Origin: Microbotryum violaceum
Taxonomy: Eukaryota
NCBI GenBank assembly: GCA_001244265.2
Contig: CDLV01000017.1
Span: 310,001-374,000 of the forward strand
Reading direction: 5' to 3'
DNA length: 64,000 bases
Shown here: one piece after another, positions 25,304 to 38,839 of the stretch
Position numbering within the stretch: position 1 is the stretch's first letter
How the letters are laid out: every line of letters starts with the position of its first letter
Translations under genes and position numbers: made by a program
Notes under the pieces: model-generated
What the model was told of the DNA's origin: nothing
Databases searched by the model: none
Seen by the model: only the letters and a program-made list of their open reading frames with translations

Positions 25304-28300
25304 ATGATGGCCCCCAAAACGGACAAGTCGTCGTCGGGCGCTGGCGCGGGCTCGGGCTCTGGCTCGAGCTCACCGCGGTTCCCCTACAACATGCTCCATC
25401 TTGGCCTGCTAGCGCTCGTGCTTGCGCTTGCCCTCCATCGTCACGTCCTCGGTGGTGAGTCTCGTTCCTACTGATCAACCCTCGTGGTCGCATCACAAGC
25501 TTCGGGAAATAGACAGCGTGTAGAGGAGGCCGCGAAGGGAGCTACATACAGCTCGGCCAAGCGCAGGCCTGTGACGGGGAGCAGCCTCGTGATCGCCTGC
25601 CAAGTCGGATCTCCGTCACCCGCGATTGCGTAGCCCTGGTCACACTCACATGTGGAGCATCTACGCCCAAGATAGACCAGTTCCAGTCTATCGCATCTGC
25701 GATGATGCATTCCGACCACCGTCCCAACGCCGTACACATCTTGACGAATCTTCAGTCTCGTGATTTTGCCTGATGGACAACTAATCTCCCATGTGCACTT
25801 TCCATCACAGATGCGGGGGATCGTCATCACTGCCGTGCACTACTCAACGAAGGGAGATGGCTCGAATCGACCCACCAAGTCTGGCAACCGGACGGGTGTA
25901 TGCTGCATCCTTACAAGCCCCAGGAGGTGACCCAATGCTTCGCCGACCGACATGTCGTCTTTATTGGCGACAGCACCGTTCGTCAAGTATTCTGTGAGTT
26001 GATTTTATGCAAAAACTTCCCCTCGGAGGTGATCTTTCCTGATGTATGGATGGTTCGTATCCTCTGAATAGACGCGACGGTCAAGCAGGCCGACAAATCG
26101 ATCGACACCACGGCCGAAAAGCATTCCGATCGCGTGCTTACCGTCAACGGCGTGACCTATTCGTTCTACTGGGATCCGTTCCTCAACAGCACCCGATTCA
26201 CGCAGCTCATCGGCGGTACCTTGGCGTCGAACGTCGGAGGAGTGACCCCGACGCTCGCCGTCATCGGCAGTGGCATCTGGTACCTGCGACATCCCGACTC
26301 GGGTGGATTCGACAAGTGGAGTCAGCGCATGGACGCCCTCTTCCTAGGACTCGACCCCGAACGTGCTGCCAAGATCGCCGATGCAGTTATTCTCATGCCC
26401 GTTGAGAATGCGCTCGAATCGAAACTTTCGCCTGAACGCGCCGCGACTGTGCATCTCGACGACATCAACCAGATGAACTCGGTGCTCGACAAGAAGCTGC
26501 ACGAGCGCGCGGCGGTGCAAAAGACGTACTCCATGCGCCCTACGTTGGCTATTCCTCGTGTCTTCAACAAAGTCATCGCCGGCCTCGACGAAGAGACCGA
26601 CGACGGTTTGCACTTTTCCGACGCCGTCGTCAAAGTTCAAGCGACGATCTTGCTTAACGTACGATGCAATGATGTTCTACCGAAAAAGTTTCCCTTCGAC
26701 AAGACGTGCTGCAACTCGTACCCTACGCCGAACTGGGTTCAGATCCTGGTCCTCGCGATCTGCATGGGATGGGGACCGATCGGACTCTACATGCATTGGA
26801 AATGTGAGTCGACTTTGCAGCAAAGGCTAGCTGCAATCCAAAAGCCTAAAGAGACTACTCCCTTGCACTTTCAGCCGACATCTACCCATCGGCCTCGCGT
26901 TTCTTCCCCGAGGCCAAGGTTTTGGTGTCCCTCTCAAGTTTCGGCCTTTCGGTTGGCTTGCTCTTCCTCGCTGATCGAACGGGCCTTTTCCTCAAAGAGA
27001 ATAAACAGTACAATTATTTGACGTTTGGGATTCTGTGCGCTGCCTCTGTCGTCGCTGGTGTCCTAACGATGAAACCCGCCGAGAAGGATCTCGGGTTCCT
27101 CAATCGCGACCAGACGGATGAGTGGAAAGGGTGGATGCAAATTGCCATCTTGATCTACCACTACCTTGGCGCCTCCAAGATCAGCGGCATCTACAACCCG
27201 ATACGGGTGCTCGTCGCCGCTTACCTCTTCATGAGCGGCTACGGCCATCTCAGCTTCTTCCTCAAAAAGGCCGACTATGGATTTGCTCGTGTGGCCAACA
27301 TCTTGATTCGTTTGAACTTGTTGACCGTCGTCTTGTCGTATTTGATGGACACGGACTACCTTTCGTACTACTTCTCACCCCTTGTCACCATCTGTGAGTG
27401 CATGCATCACTTCGTCACGTTGCGGGGCCCTCTGACTCACTGACGCTTTTATCTCATATTAGGGTTCGGCATCATCTGGGTCACCATGTGGATCGGACAC
27501 CAACACAACGACAAACCGGCGTTCTTGGTCTCCAAGATAGTCGTCGCCGCCGGCTTGACCGCTGCCTACTTCGAGATCGAAGGACCTCTGGAAGCGACGT
27601 TTACTATCATCAACACGATCTTTGCGACGGCATGGAACGCCAAGGAATGGCGCTTCCGCGTCACGCTCGATATGTGGATTGTCTGGATTGGCATGTTCAC
27701 CGCGTACGCCTTCATCCTCATCAAAGACAATCGCCTCATGGAACATCCGTCGTGGGCCAAATGGCAACGATCTGCCATCATTGGCAGTGCGATATCCATG
27801 GTGGGGTACTTCGTCTATGAGCTGTCCCGAGCGAACAAGTTCGTGTACAACGCATCCCACCCTTACGTCTCTGCGCTGCCCGTCTTGGCTTTCGTCATCT
27901 TGCGCAACGCGACGCCGTATCTCAGATCGACGTCGAGCAAGTTCTTCATCTTCTTTGGGCAGTGCTCGCTCGAGACGTTCATCATCCAGTTCCACTTTTT
28001 TATCGCTGGAGAGCAAGTCCATTCTTCTGCGGTCTCAGCTCGTGGTCGCGATGTACAGAAACTGACGAAATCCTACCTATTTTCCCCTCCAGCACTCGAG
28101 GCATCATCATGATGATCCCTGGAGGTCCTCTCTTGCGACCCATCAACTTCACCGTCACCTCGATCATCTTTGTCTACATCTCGAACCATGTCGCGGCCGC
28201 AACGGGTTCCCTGACCTCTTGGATCTGCGCCCCTGCCGCGAACCCGAACGCGGGTCGACTCCCCATCGCCAATCTCAACGTGAGTGTACCTGCAACCGCT

Positions 28301-28589
28301 CGAGCACCGGCAGGAGCGCCTTCGGAATACGTCGCTCTAGCAACCGTCGGGGAATCGGGCGAGGTGGACGAGAAGGATCCTCCGATCTTGACACCTCCAC
28401 CTGCTCCGGAAACGGTCGTAACCAAATTCGGGAACTACGTCAAGACCGATCTCAAGCTTCGGTTCCTTGCCATCATTGTTGGGTTATGGTTCTTGAATGA
28501 GCTTTGTGAGTCGTCAATTACCTTTCATAGTCAAGCTGCGGGAATAGCCCCTGACAATGTTTGGATTTTGCCTTTCAGACCCGTCATAA
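25304..28589 (+). CDS. CAS1: Cas1p-type (Cas1_AcylT/CASD1) membrane O-acetyltransferase; unrelated to CRISPR Cas1
   Basis: [91 protein letters not shown]. Confidence 0.92.
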
Positions 28590-29026
28590 CTTTTGGAACA
28601 GGCAGCCACTTGCATTAATCTCGTGTACATCATTCTAAATCTCCGAAAGCCTCTTGGGGTCAGATTCATCATCATTGCAACGATTTGTTACAAATATAGA
28701 GTCTTATGGTCGAATTCTTTGACGACGGCAAGGTTCCAACGACAGTGCATTCGTCACGTGCGCGCCAACTCTTCTGGTTGAGGGAGTCGGGGTTAGGCGC
28801 ATGTTTAGCTGCAAAATCAGCCGCACGGGCAGCTGCGGCGCTAGACTCGGTGTTAGCCGCAGGATAGCGCCTGAGCAGGAAATACTATCAACGGAAAGGG
28901 GTGGCTTCCGTTGGTGGGTAAAGAAGAGGAGGCCTCAAAATTCAAAATCCAGCAGCGGCTCGGGGCCAAAGGAGGAAGAGAACAAGTATACACTGCAGTT
29001 GATATACCCAGCTTCACTATGCTCGA

Positions 29027-29570
29027 CTAGAACTTAAACTTGTCCTTGTCCTTGCCCTCGTTGCCTCCCCCACCTCTCTTCTTGGCATCGGCCGTCTTCC
29101 TCCTTTTGGCCACTTCCTTGCCGACGAAGTCCGAAAAGTCCTCATGCTGCCCCGTCGTCGATCTTCTATTGCTCTCCTCGTACCGTTGTCGCAGATCGGA
29201 CTCGGACAGACCTTCCAATTCGGCCGCATCGAGAGCAATATCGACCCCACCGGCCTTCCTCTTCGTCCCCCGGTCCTCCTGCCCCAATACGGGAGGCCCA
29301 CCCGCACCAAGTCCAGAAACGTCGTACACGCGGTCGGAGCCCATGACGCCTCGCATCCTCGCTTCTCGTTCGGGAATGACCTGGTAGAGCGACTTGGGAC
29401 GCCCATCGTCGTCCTCGGTCTGTTCTCTCTGCTTCCGTAAGTCCAGGAAGGCCGGTGTGTCCAATCCGCCCGGTACGGTCGACGTGACGGACGCGAATCC
29501 AGAAGGTGTCTCCAACCCTGACGGCGTCTGTAGCCCATCCGCAGGTGCGGCCTGAGTCCCTTCTCGTTCA

Positions 29571-29602
<32 letters not shown>

Positions 29603-31193
29603 TTCCTCTTCCTCGTCTTCCTCCTCATCCGGTTCTAACTCGCCCCAAATATCCTTCTCGACGGGCACGCCTTGATCTTGCTGGTTCTGGTCCAAAACGC
29701 CATAGATGTCGCCGTAGAGCGGTCGACCAAACTCGTCCAAAGGTGGTTTGCCCCATCCTCCAGGATGGAAACCCCAGGCCGCTCCCTCGGGTATCGGTGC
29801 GTTCAATCCCGGAATACGCAAGTTCGGGTACGACGGTGGTGGGCCGTACCTCTGCATCGAGATGAGCCAAGGGGGTGGTGCGAGCGGCGGGATCGACAGC
29901 GCTTCCTTCAGCGCATCCGAAAGATCTCCTGGCTTCTTCTCCTTCAGCTTTGTTTCATACTCTTTGCCTTCGTAATATCTGTCGTGACGAAGAGCACAAG
30001 GCGGGATCAGCTTCTCTCGTATCTCGCCCTGATGTCAGGATTGCCCCAGACTTGCCCCAGACTCACGTTTCACCGAACGCGGTCATGGGCGGTTTGGTCT
30101 GGAATTTGAAGAAGGCGTCGTGGAGTTTCTGGTAGTCGATGTCTATCTTTCCCATCTTGGGTTGCACGCGTTCTCGCGTCTTTTGTTTGAGCGATTGCCC
30201 TTCCTCCTTTTCCTTGATCGCATCTCGCTGGGTTGCGATACCGGTGTCGGCGATGAAAGCTAGGAAGGAACGACCGGACCTCAGCGCCGAATCGCAAGGA
30301 GACTGGACATCACACGAGCAATTTTGGAAACTCACTCGGCAATTGAAACGCAGGTTTCTCAATTCCCCTCTTGCCCTGCAGATAGTCCCTCTTCTGCGCC
30401 CAATGTCCTGGCACGGGGATCGTGTTGCGATGACTCTTGATCTGGACCAGCAGCTTGGGGTCGGTCGCCGAGACATCGACCCAATCGACGACCTCGGGCT
30501 TCTTGACGATCCGCTTGAGCTCAGCCACGGACAGACGGTTCATCTTGCGCTGCTTGCGCTTGGAAAGCGGTTTGGCAACGATCGGGTCGCCGTTAGCGTC
30601 GACTTCGTCGTCCGAGGGCATCTCGTCATCCGAATAGATGATTTCACCCTTGGTGCCGTCTTGGCCTGGCAGGCCGGCTGTTTTCGAGTTCTCGTCCTGC
30701 CATAGTGATGGCGCTCGAGTATGGTCAGTGACTGTACGACAGAAGGCACACGCGACGACACGCCTCGGGCAGCCAAGGCACTGACCTGTTCGGGATCGAC
30801 GGGGTTGAAGTGGGCAAAAATGTGTGCGAATTCGGGAGCCAGGTGTTCGGGTAATCGCTCTACGGCCATGTCAAAGTGCTTGCTGTCGTCGTCGTTGTTG
30901 TTGTCGTGGTCACTGAGCGTCGTCGTCGTCGACTCCGGTGCGACCGACTCTTCCTTGATCTGTGGCGCGATGATTGCGCGTCAGATCAACGATCGAGACG
31001 CTCTTCATGACCCTCCTCTTTGTATCGCACGCACCTGCTCATCTTCGGCACCCGAGGTGTCTGGCGTAGGTCCTGCAGCCGCGGCGGCCTTGGCCTTGGC
31101 CTTCTTCTTGAGCCGCTTGAACTGCGTCTTGGTCGCCTTGGAGGTGGACACTGTCGGCTTGGGAGTCTCATCAGCAGCTAGGGTGCCGTTCAT
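29027..31193 (-). CDS. SF3B2: U2 snRNP splicing factor SF3B2 / SAP145 (Cus1)
   Basis: RLSVAELK, PVPGHWAQKRDYLQGKRGIEKP, VQPKMGKIDIDYQKLHDAFFKFQTKP, MQRYGPPPSYP, GFHPGGWGKPP; ends KFKF*. Confidence 0.95.
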
Positions 31194-32012
31194 CGCTGCG
31201 GCCAGTGTAGCTTGCTGTTGCGGTGGTGCGGCGGGCGGTACGAGTAGGAGCGAGTAGAAGCGACTAGAAGCGGGTGTGTGGAGCAGAAGCAGTCGCTCGG
31301 TTCGGCGCGCAGCCTTGTGCAGCCTTGTGCAGCCTTGTGCAGACACGCGCGCGCCGGCCCCGAACGCCAAATCAACGCTCGGACCGACCGCCGACGGGCT
31401 CAATCCGAGTTCGCCGTGCACATTCGAGTCAGATCAGCTTCCAAACAGTTTTGTGAGCACTATCTTGCTCGAACTTTTCTTGGCAACAGTGGCCCAGTGC
31501 TAGGAGCAATTGAAAGGTTTTCGGCGGCCACCGGCCAGGTCCGAGTCGATCCGGTTTCATCGGGGGAGATATGTACTAATATATGTACTAAGGCTGACTA
31601 ACAGCGACTACGAGTGACACGTTCCTGCTGCTGTCGATCACCTTGATCGTTAGACCGTGTTACCGAACACCATGTGATCATGCGCTGCTAATCCGAAAGA
31701 GACTCCGTGTCCGTTCAACCGTTGCGGCTGCGCGTGCATGCAACGGGCCGAGGGCCGTTACCGCGGTCCGCAGAATCTGAACTTCCGAAGAGTTCACTCG
31801 GTCTGCTGACTGACGGCCACCGGGCTCGCTTTGCCTCCTTTACTTACACCGCATTTGTTCCACCCCGAACTCGTGCGCACCAGGCGCCTCTTTTGTTCTT
31901 TCTCCCCCTCCACCAACATCTAGGCTCTTGGAAAACATCTGCGCCACGTCCCTCCTTGTACCCCACCTCGCTCCACTTCACCAACTCACGTGACCGTCCA
32001 ACTCACCTTGCG

Positions 32013-33038
32013 ATGGCTCCTGTCGACTTGACCAGCTTAGGCCATCAGGTTCGTCGTCGCTTCATTGACGTAACTGTTCGGGCGACGCTTGACCATTTCA
32101 CATCTTACTGACGTCATAACAGCACCCCATAGACACTGTTCCGCGCACCCCATTATCCCTGGCCAAAGTTCGACGCGGTCGATGACCGAGTCCGCGGTGG
32201 AGTATCGACGTCCAACTTTACCATTAGGAAGGAACCCCATTCTCACACGATCGGCGTCTTCAGTGGTCACCTTGGTGAGCTACTCCCAATCCGATCATCG
32301 CAGCTGCCGTTGCTGACGGCGATCGTGCGATCGGGTGCATTCCCCCCCTCTCTTCCCGGACCCCCGAACTGTCACCCGGCAGATATTATGGCCTTAAAAG
32401 ATGTGGGTTTCGCATCCCAGTCAACCGTCTTTAACAACACGAAGCCCCTCTCGCTCCCCCGTTTATGCTACTCCGGTCTACTCCTGACGATTCTGAGACC
32501 CTCCGACGAGGTCTCGGTGACGACCACCCCCATCACGACCAAGAAGCCCTCTAAACCGAAGTCGTTTGTTCTGACCTTGAAATCCTCACCACCGGTCACT
32601 CGACCTGATGGAACGAGGGTAGCGGGTATTTCGTACGAGTATGCGTTCACGCTGGGTGATTTCGACGGCAAGGAGAAGCAGATTCAAATGGAGTGGGATG
32701 GATTCACTGCGACGTATCGAGGTAGATCGGACAAGAAATTCGCCAAATTGGATCCGAACAAGTTGTATGAGTAAGTTCTATCACTTTTACGGTCCTGATT
32801 TCCGTGTTTGTCACGGCTGACTCTTCCTGCCCCTTGCTTCAGACTGAGCTTCATGTGCCGTTCCAACTTTGGGGAACAAGCCGGTGATTTCGAACTCAAG
32901 ATCCTCGAACTGGCCGCACTGAAGAACAAGTATGACAAGCGTCAATCTCGAGGATGTTTCGATCGGGCCAAACAACTGGTCACGAGGCGTTATGAGGCGG
33001 GTTGGTACAGACGTGATCAAGGCGTGAGGTTGGTGTGA
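32013..33038 (+). CDS. CIA30-domain protein (complex I intermediate-associated protein 30-like)
   Basis: Spliced product has AVDDRVRGGVSTS, FSGHLDI...GFASQ, FTATYRGR and LSFMCRSNFGEQAGDFELKI. Confidence 0.8.
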
Positions 33039-33461
33039 CGCCTTGTCGAATTGTCCAACCGAGGCGGATTCAGATCTTCTTTCTCTGTATATACTTCACG
33101 CAAGCATACGCGCCTATAATCCATACCAATATAAGTCCATATTATGTACAGACGACCCGTTCAGTACTTGAACACTCCACAGCTGCAAAACTCCGCGAGT
33201 AGCGTCGAAATGCAGAACTTCCTCAGTCCCCAGGAAGCAGGTCGAGATCAGCGACGCCCAGGGCCGCGTTCGGCAATTTGCGGATCGAGCGGGGAATTTC
33301 AGGTCTGCATACATCTCAAAGACGCACATCCCGAAAGCAAACGAATCAATCAACACAAGTACATCTCCGATAACAACAGGACAGCACTGGTCGCCCGATC
33401 ATGAAAAGACGAGAAGGACTTTTAAAGCGGTTGCATGCGGCCTTCACGTCTGCCGCGGCTC

Positions 33462-33594
33462 TGCCTTACAGAACAGCCCTATAAGTAGCCTCTGAGTAGC
33501 TAGAACTGCCGAGTTCTAGATACGACTCGCTTTTAGTCTAGTGGTCAAGAACGACAGACTGTATTTTATGCACATCAGAGGCGCATACCTTACA
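33462..33594. mobile_element. Short dispersed repeat, copy 1 (solo-LTR/TRIM- or MITE-like, TG...CA ends)
   Basis: Homologous to 42837-43016. CCTTACA at both ends; internal hairpin CTAGAACT-GCCG-AGTTCTAG at 33500-33519. Confidence 0.65.
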
Positions 33595-33635
33595 GCCGCG
33601 GTGCTGGGGACACCGCAGCCGGGCATTCCACAATT

Positions 33636-33800
33636 CAAGGGTCCACATTAGATCAGATCACCGCCAGATTTGATCTGATCTGACAAATCTGATCTGAATT
33701 TTTCTGATTCTGCCTTGATTGATCTGATCTAATAATTATGCTGTTAATGAAGTCTATCAAATAAAAATAAAATAAAAGAGCAGATCAGTTTGATCTGAGG
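33636..33800. repeat. AT-rich GATCT/AGATC-repeat patch with a 14-bp inverted repeat; likely DNA-transposon end relic
   Basis: ATTAGATCAGATCA (33647-33660) and TGATCTGATCTAAT (33720-33733), with several more GATCTG units in both orientations. Confidence 0.5.
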
Positions 33801-34221
33801 CATGAGATTGCCTAATTTGGCACAGAGAGACTTCTACATGTCTACATGTTGAAATCCTCATCTTCTTCAACCTCATCCTCATCCTCATCATCCAAAGTGA
33901 TCACCTTGCTAAGCCGCCGCTTTTTGGAGGAGCTCCTAGTACAAGCACTGGCAGCGATGTGCAGTGGGGTCGGCCACGGTAGCCGCGCAATGCATTGACT
34001 TTCTAACGGTGATCCCTCGCGGGTGCCAGTCTCGGCATCTCGAGATACCCGAGTCGCCCGATCGAAATGAAATGTCACTGGCACGACCCCACCTCAGCCC
34101 CCAAACGCAACTCCACTAGGCTCATGCTTCACCTTACTCTTCCGCCTCTCTCATTGCACTCAGGACTACGACTTCCCGGATTGATTCTCTCGCACCAACT
34201 CCACGATACAAATCTTACGTA

Positions 34222-35362
34222 ATGTCGTCTTCCAAAGTTATCCTATATGCGTACCCTCAATCGCCCTTTGCCGCCAAGCTCGAGCTCGTGCTCACGCTCA
34301 AGCAGGTCCCCTATCACTACGTCGAGGTCGAGCGCATGCCCCCGCGTCCGGCCCTCCACCTCCTCAATATCACCTACCGCCGCATTCCCGTCCTTGCTAT
34401 CGACTCGGATCTCTACCTTGATACCTCGCTCGCCGTGCAGGCGCTCGAAGAACGTTTCCCCGACTCGCCCTCGCTATCCCAGTCCCACTGGGGGCTTCAA
34501 ACCGCCACCGCGTTCCACTGGTCCGACCGAGCAATCTTCCAACTTGCCGCAGGCGCACTTCCTTGGACCGAACTACCAGAAGTTTTTGTCAAGGATCGTT
34601 CGGCCTACCGAGGGGGCCAGATCGACCCCCAAACGATGGTTGCCGCTAGGCCCAAAGTCTTGTCCGCCTTGAGAAGCCACATTGTATTTCCAACCGTTCT
34701 TTCTTGCTTTAGAAATAACGTGATAATTCGAACAGCGGATTCAACTCGTCTCGTCTTGTCGTTTGCAGGACCTGGTCGAGAAGCAACTCGCAAGTCGATC
34801 GTCGGAAAAGACTTTTTTGCTTGGTACCGACAAACCGACCTACCTCGACATTTCGCTTTACTTCTCCCTCAACTGGGTCTCAGGTATGTCATCCATCTTG
34901 CTAGAATGTTGGAAACTGTTTGGCGTACTGAAAGCGGTTCGAAATACAGGCTTCGGCACGGCGGATTCCATCTTCAAGCCAGCTTCGGGCACGTCCCCCG
35001 ATTTCCCATTGACGTTCGCTTGGATGACCCTAGTCAAGTCCGCCGTCAAAGATGCCACCTCGACCGCACCAGGAAAAATATCGCTCAACCCCGAGGACGC
35101 CGTCACTTCGATCACGTCTTCCCCGGCTTCGAAGACGATCACGGTCGACGAGAGGGATCCGCTCCTCGTCGCCAAGTGGTTCGCGATCGGTGACCTCGTC
35201 GAAATCACGCCCAATGATGTCGGCAAAGTGCCCCAGAAGGGCAAGCTCGTCGGCCTGGACAAGGTCAAGGTCAGCTTGGAGGTCCAAGTTGAGGGAGGCA
35301 AGGGCATGTGCACGGTTCATGCGCCGAGGTTGGGCTTTGATGTCAAGAAGATCAACCAGTAA
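34222..35362 (+). CDS. Glutathione S-transferase-like protein
   Basis: ILYAYPQSPFAAK, MPPRPAL, ITYRRIPVLAI, LYLDTSL, FLLGTDKPTYLDI, and the C-terminal G.LVGLD...VHAPRLGF of a fungal GST subfamily. Confidence 0.85.
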
Positions 35363-37559
35363 AGGGATCAAAGAACTAGAGACTACTCCTCCGCTGGGCA
35401 AAACTGGGTCGTTGGTAGGAACATTGGGGCGTGTGGATACTCGCTAGGTTGGGATGCAAAATTGAAAGAACATCGCGCGCTTGCGGTAAGATGATTTTTG
35501 TCTTATTGAACCCGAGACTGGCATGGGGCTCGATAGGGGCGCCTCTGTCGTTGACGAGCCGGAAGCTGTGCACGGACCATGCAAAATGAATGTCTGTTCT
35601 CATTCGCACAACACCGGTCGAGGGTCTAGCTGTCCACTCTTGCGAGATGGCGGAATCGGCTGCAATCCGGTTTGAGAAAGTCCGATTCGGCGATGCGAGC
35701 CTCGACGGTGCAGACAACTGCAGACAACTGCACACAGATCACCTTCACCCAGGGTGCCCACTCCCTAGCTTGGGAAATCCTTGTGCAAGTCGCCCAGGGT
35801 GCTCATCGACAGTCACGGGGACTTGCGTGGGATATCCTTTGGCACTTGCAACCGTTAAAAAGGCCCTCTCGGACCTCCGCATAAATTCGACTGTAATCGG
35901 GCAGGTCGAGAATGTTTTCCGGGTTCAAGTGGGAACAGGCGGAATCACGCCGGCTTCCAGCACCGGCTCGCCCCCTGTAACTCCATCTTTCCAATGACTG
36001 CACACACCCGTGTCCGCCCAATCATCAGACGCTGGAGCACATAAAGGCAAACATATACATCACTAATTATATCCTGGGTGTGATCAACTGGTGGTGGATG
36101 AAGACCACCTACCGCTTCGCCGTTAGTAGGTTCGGCGTGTTGAATGCGATTTACATGTTTCCCAATTTCCATGCCGTTACCCCATGTTCAGAAAAGGAAG
36201 GATCGCAACTTGGACATGTCCTGACTCCTGACTCGGAGTCGCAACTTTGCCTCGGACTCGGACGCCACGAGCAAGTGCTCCTGCCGCTGCTTTCCGGACG
36301 CAAGCTTGTGCTCGAGACTGAACAGCAAAGTATACCCCGAGTCAGCCTCCACAATAACATCTAATAGTAGGTGGGCTCGCCCTCTAGGTCGTTCCGCCGA
36401 TGGACCACGCGAATAACGTTCTAGGCCTGGGGACCCGAATGTCATTGGCTGTGCTTCACTTGAAGATGTACCCCCTCTCGCATGGTGGACAACGCCCATC
36501 GCATGAAGACAATAAACCCCGCAAAAACAATTATGTAGCCTTTGATCGCCGAAGAGGGTAGCCCTGCAATTTATGAGGCTGACAGAGAATCTGCAGTTGT
36601 TCAACACCAGCCTTGCACGAAGGTTGACGTTGGACAAGACGAGCTGTCGCAATGAGCACCTGATCACTAGATCGTCATCAAGCGAATGTGAGGAATGAAA
36701 TATGTTTGATCGATAATAAGCGTACTGTACTCGTTCGCCGTGTTGGCACGAGCGACTGCCTATTGTCAAGCCAAGCTCCGAGATGCTGTCCAATGACTCG
36801 GCGTCCGGAGGCACGACTAAGACACGTGAACTGGGAGAGATCGACATCGCCGCAGGGTGGGTGCCAGGTGGACACAGATGCCACTTGATTACCAAGGACT
36901 GATGTGTCGGACTGACTGAGCACCAACTCTTACGCTGGCGGTGCTAAGTGGCAGGCGACTCGTCCTTGATTAGCCTAGTCAGATCCGACTCCAACATTGA
37001 GCCTCCCTCGTGAACCCTTTTCGTGTTTTGTAGTTTTTGAGTGCACGTATCGAGATGCGCATGCACCACGGATTTGAAATTCGACAAGAGAAAGTCACGC
37101 GCCACAAAATCTCCTTAGGGGCGCCGTAAGTCAAAGGTACCATAAGTACCAGCGGATCTAGCGTTCATTAGATTCTGTCTTTGAATAAGACTAGCTGGAA
37201 TTTATGACTTTAAACTTTAAACCAGGCGCTGAAGTGTAGCTTTTGCCTGCGTGTGGCCGGTTCTTCAACTTGTTGCGGGTGCGCGTGATGACGTCGTCAA
37301 GCCGGCGTGCCTTGGTGCGGACCCTGCTTTCGGGCTGCGTTGTGTCCTCACCCGCACCTGCATGGCATTACGCCTGTCATCGTCCGGCACTCTTGATCGT
37401 ATTGAGCCACCCCAACCTTTCGTAGCGCTCCCACCTCGAGACCCAACCGCCTCTTCCGACCCCTCGCTCTCGGACCCGATCTCGGCTTCGGTGGCCCTCC
37501 CCGCCGCCTCCACCACCACGACCACCACCGCCGCCGCCGCCCCAGCCTTGGACGCCAAG

Positions 37560-38839
37560 ATGCCTTCCTCCTCCACCGCGACCCCTGTGGCCCTGTCACC
37601 CGACGAAGCCGCCTTGGCGACTCAGCAACGTCGATTCGCACGATCGCAAATCGCGCTGCCCATCTCGCTGCTCGTGTTCATCATCGCGTCGCTGCTGAGC
37701 TCGCTCGTGGCCAAGCCAACCTTGGCGGAGGTCTCCGAGCTCTACTTGACCGTTATGACCCCGGCAACGAAGCTCATTGGCTTGTACTGGCTCGTCATTG
37801 CCTCTCTTCTCGTTGGTCAGGTCAGCCACCATGAGAGCGCTCAACTTTAGCAGCTCTCAGAGCTCTTCATCTCAGGCGGACTGACGGTAATCTGGCTCGG
37901 AACTCACTCGCAGGCGATCCTCTTGGGCGTCGGTCCCGCAGGCTCGCAACCGATCCTCGTCAAAGGAGTTGGACTGCGTCTCGCTTTCGTCAACCTTTTG
38001 GTCAGTTCCCACTACAACATGGCGCATCTTTGAGCTCCCCCGTTGAAGGATCATCTCTCGCTGAAACGCTACCCCGATGACCAAAATCCGGGATCTGGGA
38101 ATCATGCAGATGAGCGCCTGGATCGGCTGCTTCGTCTTGCGTTTCTTCCTCGTAGCGCAGATCATTCTTCTGGTCGTGCTCATCATGGTCATCTCGATCT
38201 GGGCGACGCTGTTGAGGTTCCCGCCTGTCGCGTCCCGACCATTCTATTTTGTCTTTATTCACATGCCGATTCGGTCAGTACCCCAGCAGTCTCAAACGTG
38301 GCTCGCCAAAGGAACAAATTTCAGGGCTCAATCCATGTTCACGCCGTCTTCGCAGCATGTTGCTTGCAATCCTGTTGCAAGTCGACGTCTGGCAAGGAGG
38401 TTTGTTGGCCCTTCGGTAAGTCTTGGCGCGTGGCCTCGCGACCAGAGTCACGATCAGCTGAAGGTCGCTCAAAGTGTTGGATCCTCGCTTCGACAGCTAC
38501 TACCGCCACCCTGCCAAGAGCGGCCACCGCCCATCGTGGGAAGCCGCGCACTCGACACACGGCTGGATCATGTTTGCCATCATTATCGTCGTTGCGTTGA
38601 TCAACGCTGCCGAGGTGTTTTACCTACGAGACTTTGTCTTTGCCGCTTCGTGCAACTACCTCGTCGTGGCCGAGACAATTCAGAGCGAGGGCAAGTCGGC
38701 GCAGATTTGGATCGCGTTGGTCTTGGCCGCGGTCATGGTCGGAGTCTCGCTCCTCTCCTCGGTCGGATGGTCGATGATCAAGCACGATCGCGAAGGAGCT
38801 ATCCGGTTGGCCGACGAGGAAGAGGTCGCCCGCGCCTAG
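37560..38839 (+). CDS. Multi-pass membrane protein of unknown function (possibly DUF1774-like)
   Basis: About five exons with canonical GT-AG introns join into ~7 hydrophobic segments; FIHMPIRM motif; ends EGAIRLADEEEVARA*. Confidence 0.7.

Noticed and set aside
25695-25780. C/D snoRNA in the long first CAS1 intron
   Set aside because: Imperfect box C and no rRNA-complementary guide that I could recognise.
25304-28589. CRISPR-Cas interpretation of CAS1 or of the tandem arrays
   Set aside because: This Cas1p is an O-acetyltransferase, and none of the arrays has unique spacers between repeats.
33525-33580. tRNA-Tyr-like A box and CTGTA within the dispersed repeat (SINE hypothesis)
   Set aside because: No B box or T arm follows, and the motif is not preserved in copy 2.
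35400-37240. ORFs between the GST and membrane-protein genes
   Set aside because: Stop-riddled, lower GC and no recognisable motif; probably degraded repeat or pseudogene DNA that I cannot classify.
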